Origin: Histomonas meleagridis 2922-C6/04-290x
Taxonomy: Eukaryota; Protista; Parabasalia
Direction: 5' to 3'
Length of the DNA stretch: 64,000 bases
Assembly (NCBI GenBank): GCA_020184695.1
Contig: JAANOX010000011.1
Span: forward strand, 682,001-746,000
Part shown: piece after piece, positions 56,401 through 64,000 of the stretch
Numbering within the stretch: position 1 is the stretch's first letter
Layout of the letters: each line of letters opens with the position of its first letter
Notes under the pieces: generated by a model
Database searches by the model: none
What the model was told of the DNA's origin: nothing
What the model saw: the letters and a program-made list of their open reading frames with translations, nothing else
Program-made: the position numbers and the translations under genes

Positions 56401-58805
56401 TGTGTCAAATAATTTATATAATTCCCAAATATTATTTTGGAATATAAAATTATAAAAATAAATCTCAAATAAAACAAATAAATATTTTTAGCATTTATAT
56501 CAATTCCTTTTTGTTTAAGAAGTAATTTAAACATTTTCGGTTTACCATTTTCAGCAACTTTCATTAGTGCTGTATCAAATAATACATAGAAATTCCAAAT
56601 ATTATATTAAAATGCTAAATAAGAAAATTATATTTTATACAAAACAAATATACATTTTTAGCATTGATATCAATTCCTTTTTGTTCAAGAAATAGTTTAA
56701 CTATTTCTATATGATTATTTTCAGCTGCCATCATAAATGGTGTATCAAATAATTTAAGTAAAATCCAAATTTTAATTTAAAATATTAAATCATTAAATTG
56801 AATTTGAAATAAAACCAAAAAATATTTTTAGCGTTTATATCAATCTTTTTCTGTTCAAGAAGGAAATTAACTGTTTCAAAATGACCATTTTGAGTTGCCA
56901 TCATGAACCCTGTATTAAAATTATCAAATAAATTCCAAATATTATTTATAAATATTAAATTATTAAAACAAATATTGTATAAAATGAATAAAAATTCTTA
57001 ATTTTATAATTAGTATTTTTTTGTTTCAGTAGTAAATCAACTATTTCTGTATGACCATTTGAAGATGCTTCTATAAATGCTGTACTAAATCATTATAATA
57101 AGTTCCAAACATTATATTGAAACCCATTATTATTATAACAAACATTAAATAAAATGTTTAAATAGTTTGTACATTAATATCAATATCTTTTTGTTTAAGA
57201 AGTAATTTTACTGTTCCTATATGACCAGATCGTGCTGCTTTTATAAGTGCTGTATCAAATAGTTTAAATAAATTTCATATATTATTATAAAACAGGATAA
57301 AATGATTAAAATAAACATTAAATAAAACAAATATATATCTTTAGTATTAATATCGATTCCTTTTTGTTTAAGGAATTGTTTTACAATCTTTGTGAAACCA
57401 TTTTGTGATGCCAACATAAGAACTGTTTGAAATAATATTAATAATTTTTAAACATTATTATTAAATTTTAAAACATTAAAACAAGTTTTATATAAAGTAA
57501 AATGATATTTTTCAAATTAATATCAATACCTTTTAGTTCAAGAACAAATTTAACAAGTTCGAAATTTCCGGATTTTGTTGATTTAAACAAAATCTTTTTG
57601 GGCATAGAACTATTTGGAAGATAATATTTGATGAGATATAAATTCCCATTTTTTGCTGCTTCATTAACTAATATATTACTATACTTCAATCCTTTCTTTA
57701 TCAGATATAATAAGATATCAAAATTTTCATATTTAATACAATAATTTCCTAAATCAATTAAATCTACAAGAATTGAATTATTTTTCTTCTTTCTTCCTTT
57801 AGATGTATCTTTAATTTTTTCTAATTTATATTTAAAGACATAACGAAAGATATCATTTTGATGTCTTTTAATTGCACATTCATATGAACCTTCAAATGAT
57901 GAATGATTTTGTTCACATAAATGAATAATCTCTAAACTTCCACCAGCAACAGCATATTTTCCTGTGTTTTCAAGATCAGCACCATTTTCCATTAAATATT
58001 TAAAACATTTAACTGCTGAAAAATATGCTGCATAATTAATTAATGTAACATTGCAACCATTAAGAAATGAATTTCTTTCATATATTGATTGATCAATTCT
58101 TTGATCAAAATTAAATTCATTTTTTGATGATATTTTTTTCAGTTTCTTAATGTCATCATTTCGAATTATTTGTGCAATTTCACTTTCATTGTTTCCTTCT
58201 TCAATTAATTTCTTATGAAGTTCCCAATCATTATTCGAAAGTTTTTCATACTTTTTAATCAATTCTTTTATCTGCTCGATATTATTCGAATGATCATTTT
58301 CATCTATTTTATCAGGTATGTTCCATCTTCTTTTATTTTCTTTTTCTGTTTTATAATGTGAAAAAAAATTCGAATATTTGTTTTGTGCTACATTTGCATC
58401 AATTAAATTTTGTTGTATCATTTTCTCAATTATATAATATGACTCTTGTGAATTCATATGTGTTATATAATCATTAAAAATTTCACCTAGTTGCGGATCA
58501 ATATTTTTATCAGTTTCATTTTCTTTTTCTTGGATTTTTTTAATGAAATTAAAATAAATATTAATATCGTTATTTCGTGAACAAAATGAATAGTAAACCA
58601 TGTGAGCTATTATAATATTTAATGAATGTGCTAAATTAGAAGTATATATTTTCATTATTTTTTCAATTGAATTTTCAAGATTTTGATCTGTTAAATCAAA
58701 TATAATTTGTTCAAGCTCATGAAGTGTTTCTAAGCAAATTGTTTGGTCTTTAGTAGCTACTTTTTTCTTTGGGGACTTAACAGGGCTATAAGTATCATCC
58801 ATCAT
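53423..58805 (-). CDS. DUF3447-like/ankyrin-repeat protein with 24 spacer-encrypted linkers (decoded 1272 aa)
   Basis: 5383 nt minus 92x17 = 3819 nt = 1273 codons. Start MMDDTYSP, natural terminal cap TAMDYAYDYGYDEIINLI, stop TAA at 53423-25. Confidence 0.87.
53537..57503 (-). repeat. Diverged tandem ankyrin array with strictly 17-nt spacers
   Basis: Junction starts 56404, 56574, 56744, 56914, 57084 and 57254 are exactly 170 nt apart despite strong sequence divergence. Confidence 0.95.
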
Positions 58806-58817
58806 TACAGAAAAATA

Positions 58818-58885
58818 TTTTAACGTTAAAAGCATTGAAAAATATTAGGTATTTTTAACGTTAAAAGCATTGAAAAATGTTAGGT
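58818..58885. repeat. Two ~35-nt tandem copies each containing the 14-bp palindrome TTTTAACGTTAAAA
   Basis: TTTTAACGTTAAAAGCATTGAAAAAT(A/G)TTAGGT at 58818 and 58853, directly upstream of the ankyrin ATG. Confidence 0.85.
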
Positions 58886-59357
58886 GAGGTTCACATGTGA
58901 ATTCATGTTTGACTGACCCACCAACAAATGAGGTAGCAAAGATATCAATTTGCTGTCACCAGTTCCTAGTTATATTCAAAAATAAAAGATCTTTCCATTT
59001 TATTAAATCCAAATGAATTCTTAAAAGACTATGGAGATTTCAAATGCCAATATACCATTTTTCATGCACATGTAATAGTTTTAAAAACGTAATCAACAAA
59101 TCATTTTTAACAACAAGCGATAATCATATCATTTCCTATAATTATCAATAATGTTACTAACTACAAGCAACATTCCTTCAAAACTATGAAATGTAGAATT
59201 CAAATTTAGTTAATGTTGCAAATCAGTTATGAATTAGTATCATTAAAATTGATTTTTTTTTTCACTTTTTCATGCTTAATGTTTTGAAAATAAAATAAAT
59301 TTCAGAAAAAGTTCTCAATAATTATAATAAAAATATATATAATAAAGAACAATTTAT

Positions 59358-61550
59358 CTACAAATAATGTTCATATATATTAAGTTGCTCATTTGGCTTT
59401 TCACCGTTCAGTTCCTTTTTACAAAATTCGATCAATTTTGAAGCACAAAACAAAGGCGCTGGCGCATTACATCTTGTTTCATCATTGTTATAACAATAAG
59501 TTAAGTAGTATGTTAACTTTGCGAAATGTTCTTTCTTCCAAACATTTCCCGTACTTTGGGCCAAAGTAAATTTGATTGGATCTTCAGAGTCGTTTATTGC
59601 CAAAAAGAATTTTTCCAAATTTTCGTTCTGCACTTTATCCAAAACAATTGTTCCATTTTTAGCACCGAATAATTTTAAATCAGAATTACTTTCAACAATG
59701 CAATAAACGACTGAAACATTTTTATTATTAATAGTTTCGATTATTGTATCAAATTCTTTTTTAATAAAATCCATTTGTTCTATATTTAATCCTTCTCTAT
59801 ATATAACGATTCTTGTTAATTTATGTTCCGAATGTTCATTATAACAAGAAATTGCTTTTTGAATAAAATTGTTTAATGTTTCCGAACTAATAAATGAATT
59901 TTCTTCTTCGTTCTTAATAACAGTCGAAAAATATCGTGAAAAAGTAAAATCGTATGAACTTGTTAAAGCATTTAATTGTTTAGATGATGAATTAATACCA
60001 ATTACCATTGTACTTTTAAGTGGAAGAGAATTAGGCGAAATATAAAATGGAATTCCGCCAGTAATTAATGTAACTTTAAATAAAACTTTTGTTATATTTG
60101 TTAATATTTCTTCTTCAGTAGAAAACAAAAATGGAATTCCAAATTCAACATTAAGTAAATATCGAAAATATGAACGATTAATAATTTGATTTTTATAAAT
60201 AACAATTATAAATGATGGAGTTCCTTTTTCGATTATATATTTCGTTATGTTTTCTTCAAATGAATTCTTTTCATTACTTTCATTTATTACAATAAAATTT
60301 GGTGTTGGAATTGGAATTCCAATTTTATTCGATGTGTTATCAAAGGTTTGAAGTATTGATTTTCGAGTTTCATTATTGATAGAATTATAAAATATAAATA
60401 ATGGATTAGTTCGAAGATATGGTGGAACAGATACAGTGTATTGATAAATAGAATATTTATTATTTAAAGAAATAACACATGCTTTATTACCAGGTTGACG
60501 TGATCTCATTTGTAATTGTGGTGGTTCAATAACATTTCCATTAACAATAATATTTTCATTAAACTTAATCCCGAATTTAGAATCAATTTTATTTAATTTA
60601 TCAATATCAAAAACATTTATATTGATTTCTGATAATCTTTCTGTCAACTTTTTATCAGCTACAGTAGGTCCAACAATAGTAATGGATGATGTTGGATAAA
60701 ATTTTTGGATTTTATTTTGAGAAGTTTCAATAAACGGTTCATTTGGCTGAATTGTGAAGTGAAATGCTTGCTGATAGCAATCAAAAAGTGAAATTTCTGA
60801 GTTTGGCGATATTTTCGATTGGAGATTTTCTGCTTGTGGATCCCATACTATTCTGGAAGGGACTATGATGGAATAAGGGTCTGTCAAACTAGTAACTAAT
60901 GTCATTTGATTGATTGCTACAAAAAGATCTTCTCGTTGATTAACATTTGATACTCCAGATTGAAGAAATTCAGATGCTATCCCTTGCGTAACAAGTTTTA
61001 TGTTTGACACACTTACTGCAGGAGAACCGTTGAATGAGACAACAGTTGATTTAAAGCCAGAAATGATGTTAGAATTAACATGTTTGATTGAACTGGAAAG
61101 ATCATACCAACCAGATTGAAGAAAAGTATAGCCAGCTGATTTATATATATCAGGAAGAATTTCTTCTATGAGGGAAAATAATATTTCTGTTTCATTGATT
61201 TTATCAATTTTATCAATTTTGATTGTAACTATTTTAGATGGATCTCCTTCAATTGGAATTTTTCTTTGACATTCTAAATCAGAAACAGTCGAAAATATTT
61301 TTGATTTATCGTATAAAATTAACATTTTTTTGGAATTTTCGCCATCTTCTTTAAAAAGAAGAGAATCAAGTATGCTCTTTGTGTCTTCTGTTTTTGGCTC
61401 GATTTCAAAAGAATACGTGTATATTTCTTTTAATTGTGATATAATTGGATATATATTTGTTTTAAGTTCAATTGGCTCACCAAAAGCAACATCAAAATTT
61501 GGGGAGAAATCCCCAAATTTTTCATGTAGCCTTTTGCAAGGAATGTCCAT
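59358..61550 (-). CDS. Divergent Piwi/Argonaute-family protein, probably slicer-inactive
   Basis: IELKTNIYPI (N), a PAZ-like region, and PIWI-type motifs TMVIGIN, RIVIYREG, GTIV and LTYYLTYCY..APAPLFCASKL. Confidence 0.82.
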   Translation of the reverse strand: MDIPCKRLHEKFGDFSPNFDVAFGEPIELKTNIYPIISQLKEIYTYSFEIEPKTEDTKSILDSLLFKEDGENSKKMLILYDKSKIFSTVSDLECQRKIPIEGDPSKIVTIKIDKIDKINETEILFSLIEEILPDIYKSAGYTFLQSGWYDLSSSIKHVNSNIISGFKSTVVSFNGSPAVSVSNIKLVTQGIASEFLQSGVSNVNQREDLFVAINQMTLVTSLTDPYSIIVPSRIVWDPQAENLQSKISPNSEISLFDCYQQAFHFTIQPNEPFIETSQNKIQKFYPTSSITIVGPTVADKKLTERLSEININVFDIDKLNKIDSKFGIKFNENIIVNGNVIEPPQLQMRSRQPGNKACVISLNNKYSIYQYTVSVPPYLRTNPLFIFYNSINNETRKSILQTFDNTSNKIGIPIPTPNFIVINESNEKNSFEENITKYIIEKGTPSFIIVIYKNQIINRSYFRYLLNVEFGIPFLFSTEEEILTNITKVLFKVTLITGGIPFYISPNSLPLKSTMVIGINSSSKQLNALTSSYDFTFSRYFSTVIKNEEENSFISSETLNNFIQKAISCYNEHSEHKLTRIVIYREGLNIEQMDFIKKEFDTIIETINNKNVSVVYCIVESNSDLKLFGAKNGTIVLDKVQNENLEKFFLAINDSEDPIKFTLAQSTGNVWKKEHFAKLTYYLTYCYNNDETRCNAPAPLFCASKLIEFCKKELNGEKPNEQLNIYEHYL

Positions 61551-61634
61551 AGAAGGTTGGAGTCTGCAAACGGCTATGATTAACGGTCGTTTTCAAATCC
61601 ACTTGACACTTTTTGACTATATTGCAACACAAAA

Positions 61635-62780
61635 ATGAAAGTCAAAAGGAATTTATTTATTTATCTTGCTGTAATCTTACTTGCAGTATTTGTTTATTTA
61701 ATAATTACAATGAAGCGTACATTTGTTCGTTACAAAGGAAGACTTCCTTATGTATGGAATTATGATTTCAATCAAACTATTTCAAAATATTTACAGACAT
61801 ATCCAACACGAGGTGTCTTTCTCATCACAGGGCCCTATCAATGCGGAAAGTCTCGAGCAATGAATATAGCTGCCGACTTTATGATCAAAAATAAGCAATT
61901 TGTAATCAACGTTGATGCAACAACAGCTCGTAGCCCAGCTGATGTCATTGAGTTATTTAAATCTGCCATATATAATGGGTTAACATCTGCATATTCTTTT
62001 GTTTCATATTCAAAGATTCGATCAGCATCAGAACTCTTTCCACCAAATAGTCAACTTGAAATTGAATCTCTCGATCCTTACCTTAGTGTTATTTATGCAG
62101 CTCTTGCTAAAGATCTTGATAATTCATTAATCAACCCATACTCAATTGTAAGCTTTTTCGACACTCTTGAACTACTTTACGGGAAACTCAATCCCGTTCT
62201 CTTCATTCATGGTCTTGATAATCTCAAATCCATTGCACCAATTTTATATAAATTCGCATTGCAACGGGTTGAGCGTCGCCTTATATACAATGACAATGTT
62301 CCCATTGTCTGCGAAGTTCGAGACTCTTCCTTCCGACTTAATTTAACCACTCTTCCATCTTATGTAATTTTGTATGAGATGCGTGAACTTCGGGATCCAA
62401 CGCATGATTGGATTGTGTCAACACGCGCCTTCAGTTCTGTCGAAATGCGCAAGCTTCTTGAGCGATTCGGCGGCCACGGCGGCACAATCGAACGCGTTTT
62501 CGAGGATCTCAAAGTCGGCATTGGCATCGACGAGTCCATCGAAGCGCAGCAGAGCGCAGTGAGCGCACACTTACGGAAGATGCTTTCCAGCGGCGTGCCA
62601 AGTGTGCTGGCGAAGCTTTGTTATATGAACGGAACGATGAACGCTGCCGGAGAGAAAGAAGAAATGAAAACAATCGAAAACTTGCTCAAGTCGGGCCACT
62701 TGTACTTGACGCAAAACGGAACAGTGAAAGTAGCGCACAGAGGAGTGAGAGAAGCACTCTGTGGAAAACGAATACACTAA
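61635..62780 (+). CDS. Membrane-anchored P-loop NTPase-like protein
   Basis: N-terminal TM; Walker A-like LITGPYQCGKS; Walker B-like LFIHGLD. Confidence 0.6.
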   Translation: MKVKRNLFIYLAVILLAVFVYLIITMKRTFVRYKGRLPYVWNYDFNQTISKYLQTYPTRGVFLITGPYQCGKSRAMNIAADFMIKNKQFVINVDATTARSPADVIELFKSAIYNGLTSAYSFVSYSKIRSASELFPPNSQLEIESLDPYLSVIYAALAKDLDNSLINPYSIVSFFDTLELLYGKLNPVLFIHGLDNLKSIAPILYKFALQRVERRLIYNDNVPIVCEVRDSSFRLNLTTLPSYVILYEMRELRDPTHDWIVSTRAFSSVEMRKLLERFGGHGGTIERVFEDLKVGIGIDESIEAQQSAVSAHLRKMLSSGVPSVLAKLCYMNGTMNAAGEKEEMKTIENLLKSGHLYLTQNGTVKVAHRGVREALCGKRIH

Positions 62781-63404
62781 TCATTTCTTATTTTAATGTA
62801 CTAAAATATTAATATTATGTTATAATGTGCTCAAAACGGTTTGTAATATTATATAAATATCTTTCGGATTAAATTTTATTTGTTATGGAATTAATTGTTT
62901 CTATTTTTATACAACTTATTAAGATGAAAAAATTATTTTTTTTATGCTCTTTGTTAATGATGTTTAAAAATAAATCATTATGCTAGGTTTTGATTGTTAC
63001 TGCTTTTCATTCTTAGTCACTGATGAACTTACTTAATATTATTCACTTATATTTATAATGTTCAAAAAGATTAATAAAATTATTCATTTAATGAAAAAAA
63101 AGACGAAGTACGTTAATTAATTTCAATTATTCATTCAAATTTGGCTAGCCAAATTAATTGTGAAGTTTATTTAAATACTTTTCTGTGGTTATCCAAAAAA
63201 TTGAGTGATCCTTTGAAATTAACGTTCATTGAATTTTCAAAAGGATTTGAGCGTTTAAAGAAGAAAAAAACACTACGATTAACTTTTATTCTAGTTAATT
63301 CCGCTTAATTGTTCACATACAGTGCAAGCATAAAATTTTATTCTGTTCTATTTATAAATGAAAATCAAGCATGTACTCGTATGTGCAAACACTAAAGCTC
63401 TATT

Positions 63405-63839
63405 TTAAAAGAAATTTGGTATTTGTTGACCAAAATACCCCATACTATCATTTGGAATCGGAGGGAAATTATAATGCAATGGATTTTGAAACCTTAGATT
63501 TGCTTCAAGATCATTGCTAAGTGGTTTATTCCGGAGCATAGGTGGTATCTTGTTTGGTTGCTTTATAATTGCATCATTTCTAGGATAATAGTAACTTGTT
63601 TCAGGAATAAAAGGCATGATACGAGGCTTGTAAAAGTTATTTATCTGAGGTAATTGAAAGGGGTTAGGAAAAGCATTTTGTTGAGGTATATTTTGGGAAT
63701 ATCTCTGAAGTTGTTCAAGTTTTCGTAATGCATTTGCAGTGAAATTTTGGTTTTGTACTTCAAAAGTTATTGCCTCAGAAGGAGATGGTCGGAAAATGAT
63801 TAGTTGCATTCTTTTGGTGTTACTTGCTCTTCTTCCCAT
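63405..63839 (-). CDS. Hypothetical low-complexity (Q/N/P-rich) protein
   Basis: 144-aa ATG-started ORF with elevated GC; no domain recognised. Confidence 0.45.
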   Translation of the reverse strand: MGRRASNTKRMQLIIFRPSPSEAITFEVQNQNFTANALRKLEQLQRYSQNIPQQNAFPNPFQLPQINNFYKPRIMPFIPETSYYYPRNDAIIKQPNKIPPMLRNKPLSNDLEANLRFQNPLHYNFPPIPNDSMGYFGQQIPNFF

Positions 63840-64000
63840 TGTTGATTTTGTTCTTCACAATTATAAAAACGGTTGTGGACATTTATCAAGTGGCATTTTA
63901 TTAACCATTGAAACCGAAATAATTTGAAAGCGTTATATTATCACTGGATTTTGTAGTCAAAAAGAGAATTGTTAATATTAATCCATTGAAATGCATTTGT

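Noticed and set aside
53537-57503. A single canonical GT-AG or AT-AC intron of ~68 nt per repeat
   Set aside because: No conserved GT, AG, AC or ACTAAC branch motif at usable positions. The few GT..AG pairs give wrong frames or delete the TA of TAL.
53537-57503. Spacers as transposon footprints with ATTT target-site duplications, or ciliate-type TA-bounded IESs
   Set aside because: Both ATTT-like ends lie inside the removed segment, so no duplicated target or pointer remains in the decoded sequence.
53537-57503. Sequencing or assembly artefact creating the spacers
   Set aside because: The spacers are diverged between repeats and genes, occur on both strands, and are absent from neighbouring genes. 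An artefact would not produce consensus-matching codons.

Overview
AT-rich eukaryotic genomic DNA, most likely from a parabasalid (Trichomonas/Tritrichomonas-like). The evidence is compact intronless housekeeping genes in the standard code, Inr-like TCA(T/C)T motifs just before several ATGs, bacterial-type cupins, and expanded DUF3447-like/ankyrin and UBR-box families. Ordinary content: eRF1, CK1, DNAJC21-like, exportin-like, importin-like, PRC1/Ase1, DHHC, GT61, a sulfatase/LtaS-like protein, a Piwi-like Argonaute, tRNA-Met, and decayed MULE and Merlin/ISXO2 transposases. The striking feature is four ankyrin-repeat genes plus one remnant that look like shattered pseudogenes in the ORF track but appear to be encrypted. 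In every canonical repeat, the beta-hairpin codons (the xxGx of D-xxGx-TAL) are each preceded by an AT-rich 17-nt spacer, usually (A/G)NTT-N9-(A/G)TTT, with no GT-AG ends. The repeat period is therefore 170 nt = 102 coding + 4x17. Removing the 17-mers by hand (174 spacers at 46 junctions, plus one 8-nt variant) restores continuous stop-free ORFs with textbook linkers (DKWGRT, DTDGRT, DDDGKT, NQNGDT, NKSGDT, NEYGDT, DRNGDT). The largest gene, 53423-58805, decodes to exactly 1273 codons. This implies a precise 17-nt removal or skipping mechanism acting around 3-nt micro-exons at the ankyrin binding-loop positions. I do not recognise it from any described system. The mechanism (RNA, DNA or translation level) cannot be determined from sequence alone.
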